DNA of 41,619 nt from a bacterium (GTDB lineage Bacteria; RBG-13-61-14; DATKZS01). Where the stretch lies: the NCBI GenBank assembly GCA_046484135.1, contig JAWOBU010000104.1, forward strand, positions 1 to 41,619. Reading direction: 5' to 3'. A program made the position numbers and the translations under genes. The notes under the pieces were generated by a model. That model saw nothing but the letters and a program-made list of their open reading frames with translations, was not told the DNA's origin and searched no databases. This document shows positions 1 to 6,740 of this stretch, piece after piece (within the stretch, counting starts at the first letter, position 1; each line of letters opens with the position of its first letter).

Positions 1-1
1 G

Positions 2-757
2 AAACATCGGGTCTTTGTGCCCCCTTCCAGCATACGCTTTATGGAGACCGACGAGCCACAGGTGCATTTCGATCGCGAGCGGACCCACCATATCAGGAAC
101 GTGCTCCGGCTCGGGGAAGGGACCACCATAACCGTGTTCGACAACAGCGGCCAGGAGTACGAGTGCGAGCTCGTGGAATGCAAGCCGAGTCACGCCAAGG
201 GAAAGGTCTCCCGCGCCACATCGCCCCGCGTCGAGTCCAGCATAAAAGTTGTCCTGGCCCAGGCCCTGATAAAGGGAAACTCCTTCGAACGGGCGCTCAC
301 CTTGTGCACCGAGCTCGGCTGCAACAGGTTCGTGCCGCTTTTCACCTCCCGCACCGTGGTCAAGCTCCGAAAGGACAACGAGTCGGAAAGGGCCAAAAGA
401 TGGGACAAGATAGTGGAACAGGCGGCCAGCCAGAGCGGAAGGGTCCGAGTGCCGGTGGTGGAGCAGGTTATGGAGTTCAAGCACTTCCTGGAGAAGAAGC
501 ACGCAGGCAAAAAGATCATCCTCTGGGAGAGAGGCGGCTCGGGACAGCTCCGGCAGATACTGGCCTCGGACGAGGAGCCCGCGGACACGGTGGTCCTCCT
601 GGCGGGGCCGGAAGGCGGCTTCGAGCAGGCCGAGGTAAAACAGGCCGTGGACGCCGGTTTCCAGATATGGGGACTCGGACCCCGGACCCTCCGGGCGGAA
701 ACCACCGGCGCCATCGCAGTAAGCATACTCCAGTACGTAAAAGGGGACATGGGGTGA
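2..757 (+). CDS. rsmE: 16S rRNA (uracil(1498)-N3)-methyltransferase RsmE (start probably just before the window)
   Basis: HHIRNVLRL, ELG, AASQSGR, GPEGGF, LGPRTLRAETT motifs of RsmE. The frame is open upstream of the GTG at 17 (KHRVFVPP), so the true ATG likely ends at base 1. Confidence 0.95.
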   Translation, partial: KHRVFVPPSSIRFMETDEPQVHFDRERTHHIRNVLRLGEGTTITVFDNSGQEYECELVECKPSHAKGKVSRATSPRVESSIKVVLAQALIKGNSFERALTLCTELGCNRFVPLFTSRTVVKLRKDNESERAKRWDKIVEQAASQSGRVRVPVVEQVMEFKHFLEKKHAGKKIILWERGGSGQLRQILASDEEPADTVVLLAGPEGGFEQAEVKQAVDAGFQIWGLGPRTLRAETTGAIAVSILQYVKGDMG

Positions 758-780
758 GCGACGGGATTTGAACCCGCGAC
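749..780. repeat. att-like direct repeat, copy of the tRNA-His 3' end
   Basis: ATGGGGTGAGCGACGGGATTTGAACCCGCGAC is identical to 2944-2975 (32 bp); the flanking bases differ on both sides. Confidence 0.95.
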
Positions 781-840
781 AATAAAAATTATACTATAGG
801 CTTTTTAGGAGAATAGTATGAAGCATAGCTCAAGCTATTA

Positions 841-1185
841 CTATAAACCAAGCAATTGCCGAACCCTTTTTTCAACTTCTATCATAGTATCATCAGATAC
901 TTGACCCCAACATTCCTTTAGGCGAGTGGTGGAGATCGTTCTAAGCTGATCGCAGAGGATATAGCTTGTGTTGCTTATGCCCCCTTCAGTAGGATGTATT
1001 TCAACATGTAGAGGTATACTTCTGTTTGTTGTGGTAAGTGGTATTATAATCACAAGATTAGCCGGGCCGTTGTTGAAAGAATTTTCTGACATTATGAGGC
1101 AAGGTCGGGTTCTTCCTTGCTCATGTCCTGTTGTAGGGTCTAAATCTGCTCTCCAGATATCACCTCGTTGGATCATCTTGGTCAA
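841..1185 (-). CDS. Type II TA toxin, MazF/PemK family endoribonuclease
   Basis: QRGDIWRADLDPTTGHEQGRTRPCLIMS, VIIIPLTT and ILCDQLRTISTTRL motifs. TTG start overlaps the upstream stop (alternative ATG at 1176). Confidence 0.93.
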   Translation of the reverse strand: MTKMIQRGDIWRADLDPTTGHEQGRTRPCLIMSENSFNNGPANLVIIIPLTTTNRSIPLHVEIHPTEGGISNTSYILCDQLRTISTTRLKECWGQVSDDTMIEVEKRVRQLLGL

Positions 1186-1478
1186 TATTCATCAAGTCCA
1201 TCTTTCAATGTTGCATCCCAAAGGTCAACTTCATGCCTGTCGTTAGGAGCAAGCTTAGCGTAGACTTGATTGGAAGACGCAATGAAATCTATTTCTTTAA
1301 ATTCTTCTTCTTGAATAAGGACACCGGCCTCTTCAGGGGGATTTAAAGTCTCAATGGGAACAGGATGAATCACATACATACTATGTGAAGCTCCAAAGGT
1401 AGTCGCGTCTATAGCTGCTTTACAAGACAAGGTGCTTTCTTGCATACTATAAACACGTGTCTCTTTATTGTTTTTCAT
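1182..1478 (-). CDS. Putative antitoxin with MazE-like acidic C-terminus and atypical N-terminus
   Basis: ATG at 1478 has a GGAGG SD and overlaps the protease 3' end. The C-terminus FIASSNQVYAKL...WDATLKDGLDEY resembles antitoxins found upstream of PemK toxins. Its stop overlaps the toxin start. Confidence 0.7.
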   Translation of the reverse strand: MKNNKETRVYSMQESTLSCKAAIDATTFGASHSMYVIHPVPIETLNPPEEAGVLIQEEEFKEIDFIASSNQVYAKLAPNDRHEVDLWDATLKDGLDEY

Positions 1479-2481
1479 TTTCCCCCGCCTCCATTCTTTC
1501 CCAACGGATATATTCCGTATCTTCTTCAATAGCGGTTCCTTGGAGACCCGACTTCATTTGATATGTCTTCTTGCGCAAAGTTCCTTTTGATATAAAGGAA
1601 TGACTCCCTCCACTTAAACTTTCCAGCAAGGCCAGTTTGAGCTTGTATCCTTTTTCTTTTTGGCTGCCAAGTATTGTCTGGTGATTGTATGGCACTGTCA
1701 GTTCCAGTTCTTCAGAAATATCGTCATAGATTTTTTTGATAATATTATATTCATCCTCATGTGGTTTTATGATCGGAAGTTGCAAATCTTTAGCTTCGTT
1801 TCTGTTGATTGTATAATCATGGCTCCCCGATTCACTACATAAAAATTCTAAAATCCTGTCTATTGTTCTCTCATCAGTATCTAGTGCAGATAAAAGCCTT
1901 TTGCCTAACATCCTTATCTGATCTCTTATGCGAAAAGTCTTACCTAAAACGAGCGGATGAACTTCTTCACTAAGAAGAGAAAATATTTCCGTCAAATCGG
2001 TTTTTTCTCCTAAATGCCTTTTGGCACCATCAAGATATGCGTTAATGTCCTCAACGCTAACCGGGACTGTATTCTTTTGCATGATATCGGTATTGCCTAC
2101 CGGATTTAATGGAGTATTTACGCTGGGGTCTATTGGCCCGAGTGTTGCTTGTTTGGTCATTACTATTTTATCCGCTCCGAGACATATAAGTGTACCTGCG
2201 CTGTGAGCCTTACGTGGAACAATCAATTCAAATTCTTTACAAAACTGCTTTATCAAGTTTACCAATGTCCAAGCCGCAGAAGTAATACCTCCAGTTGTGT
2301 AAAGGTAAAGGGATAGTTTGTCAACATCGCCAATACTGTCAAGATGGTTGACGAATAGATCAATGACATCATGGCTTATTTGAGTCTGGCGATTTTCCCT
2401 GTCGCCGGTTATATAAATCAAAAGCTTTGATTGACGTTTTTCTTCAAGTTCTCTATAAAAATTTTTTCTCTCTTGGTACAT
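1465..2481 (-). CDS. SDH-family ClpP/crotonase-fold serine protease
   Basis: LYTTGG, VPRKAHSAGTLICLGADKIVM, LGPIDP and SHDYTINRNEAKDLQL motifs of the SDH_sah/ClpP-class proteases. No signal peptide is evident. Confidence 0.88.
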   Translation of the reverse strand: MYQERKNFYRELEEKRQSKLLIYITGDRENRQTQISHDVIDLFVNHLDSIGDVDKLSLYLYTTGGITSAAWTLVNLIKQFCKEFELIVPRKAHSAGTLICLGADKIVMTKQATLGPIDPSVNTPLNPVGNTDIMQKNTVPVSVEDINAYLDGAKRHLGEKTDLTEIFSLLSEEVHPLVLGKTFRIRDQIRMLGKRLLSALDTDERTIDRILEFLCSESGSHDYTINRNEAKDLQLPIIKPHEDEYNIIKKIYDDISEELELTVPYNHQTILGSQKEKGYKLKLALLESLSGGSHSFISKGTLRKKTYQMKSGLQGTAIEEDTEYIRWERMEAGENEKQ

Positions 2482-2944
2482 CGCAACAATTATGCCGGTT
2501 ATTAGAGGTTGTCAACCTGGCACCTTCTCCTTTTTTAATAATTTTAACACAATTAACTTTCTGTAGCTATTTGGCGGTTAATATGTTGACCTTTCATAAC
2601 ACAAGGTTGTAATCTTGTCAAGGATGTGTGTTCCCTGGTCCTTCCGCTTTCCCGCCCGCCTCATGCCTTTGTTTTCCTGACCAAGGGTAGGCCATGTCGC
2701 AAGTAAGTTTTAAGGCTCGGCGGCCAAGCCGGGATTTTCGAGGTCTCCCTTTATGGGTGTTCCAGTTATGGTGTTTTATACGAGAATCGCGGTCTTTTGT
2801 TTGTATCCAGAATGACCCCCGCAGTCCATGACTTGTATTTAAAGCAGGATTGCTTGATAGCTCCGACCTGCTTGAGGAGCCGGCTTTGTCCGCAGTCTTG
2901 TCCTTGTGTGTCCGCGTTTTGTATAAGAAGAGGATTTTCGTTTA

Positions 2945-3021
2945 TGGGGTGAGCGACGGGATTTGAACCCGCGACCACCGGGGCCACAACCCGGTGCTCT
3001 ACCGACTGAGCTACGCCCACC
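2945..3021 (-). tRNA. tRNA-His (GTG)
   Basis: Reverse complement GGTGGGCGTAGCTCAGTCGGTAGAGCACCGGGTTGTGGCCCCGGTGGTCGCGGGTTCAAATCCCGTCGCTCACCCCA: cloverleaf, GTG anticodon, G-1:C73 pair, encoded CCA. Confidence 0.98.
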
Positions 3022-3041
3022 ACTGGCAGGTCTGAATAATA

Positions 3042-3070
3042 AGTCTAACTTCGATTTGTTTGCGCGTCAA
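3042..3070 (-). promoter_or_regulatory. sigma70-type promoter of tRNA-His
   Basis: TTGACG-17 bp-TAGACT on the minus strand, ~20 nt upstream of the tRNA. Confidence 0.7.
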
Positions 3071-3137
3071 CGCAACATACGGTGAAGCTCCCCCGTTTTT
3101 CAAACTTTCTAAAAGCTTCAGACCTCCCGTAACCCGT

Positions 3138-3277
3138 GGGTGGCCCACTCATCCTTCCGAGGATGAGTGGGTTTACAGGTTCACAAGAGGTTGATCAATG
3201 AATCATAGTACTGTATTATATCCTGCTGCGGCTACCCTGTGAACCCACCCGTTCGCAGACGAACGGGCGGGCCGCCC
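3138..3277. repeat. REPIN-like inverted pair of hairpin arms
   Basis: Left arm GGGTGG-CCCAC-TCATCCT-TCCG-AGGATGA-GTGGG-TTTACAGG; right arm (revcomp) GGGCGG-CCCGC-CCGTTCG-TCTG-CGAACGG-GTGGG-TTCACAGG. Confidence 0.7.
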
Positions 3278-3357
3278 CGAAGACAAGCCCACATCTCATT
3301 TCCACCGGTCCGCTTTTTTAAGAGGATGGAAGGTGAGGATAAAATTTTTAACCAGAA

Positions 3358-3521
3358 GAGCCTTTTGCAAAAAGACCGGCTAAAGGGTGGGAGAGACCTC
3401 CCGGTCTCGAAAAATCGCGTTCCGCCTCCCTGTGCGTTCCGCACGCAGACAGGCACGCAGACAGGCACGCAGACAGGGAGCTCGCTCCCCCCACCGGAAT
3501 TAAAAATTTTGCAAGAGACTC
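3358..3521. mobile_element. MITE-like element, 164 bp
   Basis: TIRs GAGCCTTTTGCAAAA (3358-3372) and TTTTGCAAGAGACTC (3507-3521), 13/15 match. Flanking direct repeat CAGAA at 3353-3357 and 3522-3526. Confidence 0.7.
3429..3477. repeat. CCTGTGCGTTCCG-(CACGCAGACAGG)x3 element
   Basis: Three tandem 12-bp units at 3442, 3454 and 3466; 37 bp identical to 5103-5139. Confidence 0.9.
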
Positions 3522-3537
3522 CAGAAAGGAACAGACC

Positions 3538-4338
3538 ATGTTTTCTTGCCGCATGATAGTCCGAAGGATTGCCGCAGCCTCCGTGTTGCTCGCGATGTTG
3601 TTGTCCCTGCCGGCGGAAGCCTCCCCCTGGCGGGACGACCGGCCGGTTACGGTGGGCCACCGCGGGACCACGCTGCTGGCGGACGAGAATACCATGGCCG
3701 CGTTCGAGATCGCCCGGCAGCACGGCGTGGACATAATCGAGTGCGATCCCCGGATGACCAGGGACGGCGTGTACGTGATCATGCACGACGCGGACGTATC
3801 CCGGACCACGGACGGCGCCGGCAAGGTGCGGGACATGACGCTTGCCGAGGTCAAAAAGCTTCGCACCCGGTCGGGCCACCGGGTGCCCACTCTCCGGCAG
3901 GTGCTTTCGTTCGCCCGCCGGCACAACATGGGGGTTTACCTGGACGTGAAGAGACCTCCGCGGGACCGGGCCGAGACCCTGGTGCAAGACATCGAAGACA
4001 CGGGTATGACCGACATGGTGATCGTGGGCTGCTACCATGTTTTGACTTGTGTGTGGGTCGAGAAGCTGAACCCGCGGATCAGCATCTGCGTCTCCTGGCC
4101 CTATCCGGCGCTTACATTGGGAGAGGCCCGCCTTCTGGGAGCGGACGCAGTAGGAACCCTGACCGAGTTCGCCACCGGCCCCATGATCAAGCTGGCCCAC
4201 AAGTACGAGCTACGCGTTATCACCATGCCGGTGAACGATAAACAAATGCTGCTTAAGCTTTCGGAAGACGGAGTGGACGCTCTTCAGAGCGACGACCCCA
4301 GGCTCCTTTCGCCCTACGGCCGTTCCACTCCCGAATAA
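3538..4338 (+). CDS. Glycerophosphodiester phosphodiesterase family protein (secreted)
   Basis: Signal peptide; GHRG, ENTMAAF, IECDPRMTRDG, HD, VPTL and LDVK motifs. Confidence 0.92.
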   Translation: MFSCRMIVRRIAAASVLLAMLLSLPAEASPWRDDRPVTVGHRGTTLLADENTMAAFEIARQHGVDIIECDPRMTRDGVYVIMHDADVSRTTDGAGKVRDMTLAEVKKLRTRSGHRVPTLRQVLSFARRHNMGVYLDVKRPPRDRAETLVQDIEDTGMTDMVIVGCYHVLTCVWVEKLNPRISICVSWPYPALTLGEARLLGADAVGTLTEFATGPMIKLAHKYELRVITMPVNDKQMLLKLSEDGVDALQSDDPRLLSPYGRSTPE

Positions 4339-4374
4339 AGTCGGGTCAATCCCCGCAGAAATCCGCAGGACGCT

Positions 4375-5037
4375 CTAAGAGTCCTTCCCCTGGTTTTCCT
4401 TGAACCTCTGGAGAGAATCGAGAAGCCGCGCTTCTATCTGGTTGGTCTTTCCCTGCCGGGCGAGTTCCAGAATCTCCGGAGTCAGCGCTTCTTCCCAGAA
4501 CCGGACCCGGTCGGCCGGCCGCTCGATGTCCTTTTTGACCGTGTCTTCCCGGAACCGGTTGATCCGCTCGATGGCCCTGCCCATGTTCTCGCCCAGGTAG
4601 GACTGGATCATTCTGCGCAAGGTCCGGGCCACTGCCGGGCTGGCGCCCGAGGTGGAAAGCGACAGCACGAGCGGCCCCTGCCGGAAGTAGCTCGGGACCT
4701 GGTAGTCGGAGCCTTCCGGGTCGTCCGCTATATTGGCGGGCACGCCTAGCTCGCGGGCATGGTCCCCCACCGCCTGGTTGACTTCGGGATCGTCCGCGCA
4801 GGCCGCGCATATAAACGCCCCGGAAAGGTCGCCCTTTTGATAAGCCCGCTCGACAAGCTCTACCTTCCCTTGCTCGGCAAGCTGGTGCAGTCCGGGAGAG
4901 GCGACCGGGCATATCACCTTGACCAGAGCGCCTGCGTCCAGAAAGTTGCGGGCCTTGCGAAGAGCGACCTCGCCGCCGCCCGCTATCACCGCGAGCCTGC
5001 CTTTCAACTTTAAATGAACCGGCAAGCCTGACATCAT
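4375..5037 (-). CDS. Precorrin-2 dehydrogenase / sirohydrochlorin ferrochelatase (CysG N-terminal / Met8-SirC-like)
   Basis: LPVHLKL, GGGEVALRK, NIADDP, STSGASPAVAR. Confidence 0.92.
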   Translation of the reverse strand: MMSGLPVHLKLKGRLAVIAGGGEVALRKARNFLDAGALVKVICPVASPGLHQLAEQGKVELVERAYQKGDLSGAFICAACADDPEVNQAVGDHARELGVPANIADDPEGSDYQVPSYFRQGPLVLSLSTSGASPAVARTLRRMIQSYLGENMGRAIERINRFREDTVKKDIERPADRVRFWEEALTPEILELARQGKTNQIEARLLDSLQRFKENQGKDS

Positions 5038-5096
5038 CTTCTCATCTCTTCCGTTTTCATTCTATCGGATGTCTGCTGAATTTGCCACTGCCGGCA

Positions 5097-5150
5097 CGCC
5101 TGCCTGTGCGTTCCGCACGCAGACAGGCACGCAGACAGGGCAGACAGGCG
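5097..5150. repeat. Second copy of the CACGCAGACAGG palindromic/tandem element
   Basis: CGCCTG-CCTGTGCGTTCCG-CACGCAGACAGG-CACGCAGACAGG-GCAGACAGG-CG. Confidence 0.9.
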
Positions 5151-5404
5151 GGGACAGGGAAAAGGCCGGAACCGGTCCGGCCCCTCCCCGCCGGCAGCCG
5201 AGAATGCGCAAAACGCAAAAAACCTTTATAAGGAGCAGCACAAATTCTGTCTCGCTCATGTACATTGTTCAGTAACTCGCTTTTAAATACGTTGATCCTT
5301 GAATTTTACCGGTCCGGGCGCAATAATGGAGCCGTTCGCGGCCAGAGCTTGGCCGGGAGTCGGCCGCCGGTTTAACCGGCCGGGAGGACGACAAGGAGGC
5401 GTTC

Positions 5405-5842
5405 ATGTCTGGTGAAAACTTATGGGGCACGATCCCACGGCTTAAGGACATCGAGACTCCCGGAAAGATACTCCGTGAGCAGTCGGACTACTTGAGCCAG
5501 GCCACGGAGGGGGTCCTGGAGGCCCATGTTCTGGAGACCTGGAAGGGCACGAGCGACGACGGGGTGGGCGAGGACAAGCACAACGACGACTTGAAGGAGC
5601 TTCATCTCGATCTTTGTATCAGGTCGCCTTTCCTGGAGGGTCACTTTATCAACGTGATCAGGGTGATCCACCAGCTCCAGATATTCCCGGTAACCATGGT
5701 CAACTTTCTCACCTATCCTTTCGAGTACATAACCATCAATAACGCCGAGGAGTTCAAGCAGCACCTCTCCCGCGTACTTCAGTCCGAGGAGCTTCTGACG
5801 GAGTTAAAAGAGATGATCATCAAGGCCAAGCTGGTGGAATGA
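5405..5842 (+). CDS. Hypothetical protein
   Basis: AAGGAGG SD before the ATG; globular protein-like composition; no function recognised. Confidence 0.8.
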   Translation: MSGENLWGTIPRLKDIETPGKILREQSDYLSQATEGVLEAHVLETWKGTSDDGVGEDKHNDDLKELHLDLCIRSPFLEGHFINVIRVIHQLQIFPVTMVNFLTYPFEYITINNAEEFKQHLSRVLQSEELLTELKEMIIKAKLVE

Positions 5843-5874
5843 AAACGCTACTTCCGCGGCGACATTTTGCCGTC

Positions 5875-6432
5875 TCAACGGAAAAGAAACTTGTAGCCTT
5901 CCTGGAAGATATAAAACGAGTGAACGCCCATGCCCCAGGCCAGGATGAAAACGGCCACCGAAAAGCCGGCCAAAAGCGCGGCCACTGCCGGCAGGCTGAA
6001 AACCTTGATCTCCTTCCCCCGCTTGCGGCTCGACCTGCGGCACAAGAGCTCGCAAAGACCCATGCCTCCCAAAACGAAAAAGAAAAGACCCAGGTTAAGA
6101 GGATTAAGATAAAAGTATAACGCTTCCTCCAAGCCAAAGACCTGCGCGACCCGGAAGACCTCCTTGGTGGCCCAGGCCAGGGGGTTTAAAAAAGAAAAAA
6201 CCACCCGCTCCATGAGCGATCCGCCGCCCAGAAAGGACAAAGGATAGATGACGTAAACGGAAAAGCCGATGCTGAAAAAAAGAAGCACAGCCGAGATATT
6301 GGCCACCGCCTGGTGAAGAAAAGCCGAGTTGATCCCGGAGCTGTACTGGTAAGCCAGGTAGGAACCCGTCATTACAGCAAAGGCAATGGCTGCGGGCCGG
6401 AAGGTTCGTATCCAGAAGCTGTTTTTTTCCAT
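5875..6432 (-). CDS. Hypothetical integral membrane protein
   Basis: About five hydrophobic segments. Start at ATG 6432 (MEKNSFW) or 6459. Confidence 0.75.
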   Translation of the reverse strand: MEKNSFWIRTFRPAAIAFAVMTGSYLAYQYSSGINSAFLHQAVANISAVLLFFSIGFSVYVIYPLSFLGGGSLMERVVFSFLNPLAWATKEVFRVAQVFGLEEALYFYLNPLNLGLFFFVLGGMGLCELLCRRSSRKRGKEIKVFSLPAVAALLAGFSVAVFILAWGMGVHSFYIFQEGYKFLFR

Positions 6433-6585
6433 GAAAAAGCCTTTTACAAGCACAAGCATACCAGGAGCGAAAGGACGAAGTCAAACCTTAAGATAAGAAC
6501 TGGCCCGGGCCATGCGCGGACTCGCAAAGGTAAGTAAAAGAAATCGCGGCCGTTGCGATTGTCCGGGCCGGAAAGCATCAGCGGA

Positions 6586-6637
6586 TCGAGACCTCCCGGT
6601 CTCTCCCGCCAGACCTCCGGTTTTTTGCAAAAGGCCC
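6586..6637 (-). repeat. Partial copy of one end of the 3358-3521 MITE (TIR + GAGACC-loop-GGTCTC REP)
   Basis: Revcomp GGGCCTTTTGCAAAAAACCGG...GCGGGAGAGACCGGGAGGTCTCGA versus GAGCCTTTTGCAAAAAGACCGG...GTGGGAGAGACCTCCCGGTCTCGA at 3358-3410. Confidence 0.7.
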
Positions 6638-6683
6638 GGAGCTTAAAAAGTCGAGATCCTGCTTTTTCTTCTGATTTTTTTCA

Positions 6684-6710
6684 TTGCGTCTTCGCGCCTT
6701 TGCATGAGAT
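6684..6710. repeat. Repeat family B (CTTTGCG..TCGCGCCTTTGCGTGA-like) single arm
   Basis: TTGCGTCTTCGCGCCTTTGCATGAGAT matches the copies at 19749, 33847, 41064 and 41211. Confidence 0.7.
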
Positions 6711-6740
6711 AAGCTTTGGGACTCGCGCCGGCGTCCGGTT

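Larger units (their letters stand above)
749..2975. mobile_element. tRNA-His-integrated genomic islet (no integrase)
   Basis: Flanked by the 32-bp tRNA 3'-end duplication; visibly AT-rich compared with flanking host genes; carries TA and protease genes. Confidence 0.85.

Noticed and set aside
749..780. Second tRNA gene
   Set aside because: Only the T-arm and 3' acceptor strand are present; it is the att duplication.
1479..1529. Longer N-terminus of the antitoxin ORF given in the track
   Set aside because: It overlaps the protease by 65 nt; the ATG at 1478 has a good SD and typical coupling.
2766..3023. 85-aa ORF (MVGVAQSVEHRVVAP...)
   Set aside because: It is a translation of the tRNA-His gene and att flank.
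3209..3225. E. coli-type LexA box (TACTGTATTATATCCTG)
   Set aside because: Right half-site and spacing do not fit CTG-N10-CAG; better explained as a -10 region.
3442..3477. CRISPR array
   Set aside because: Contiguous 12-bp units without spacers. The dispersed REP copies are kb apart and no cas genes are present; no CRISPR array was seen anywhere in the window.
3239..3556. ORFs with TQTGTQTG / VPVCVPVC repeats (also 5062-5275)
   Set aside because: Chance read-through of the 12-bp repeat and MITE; no SD or family signal.
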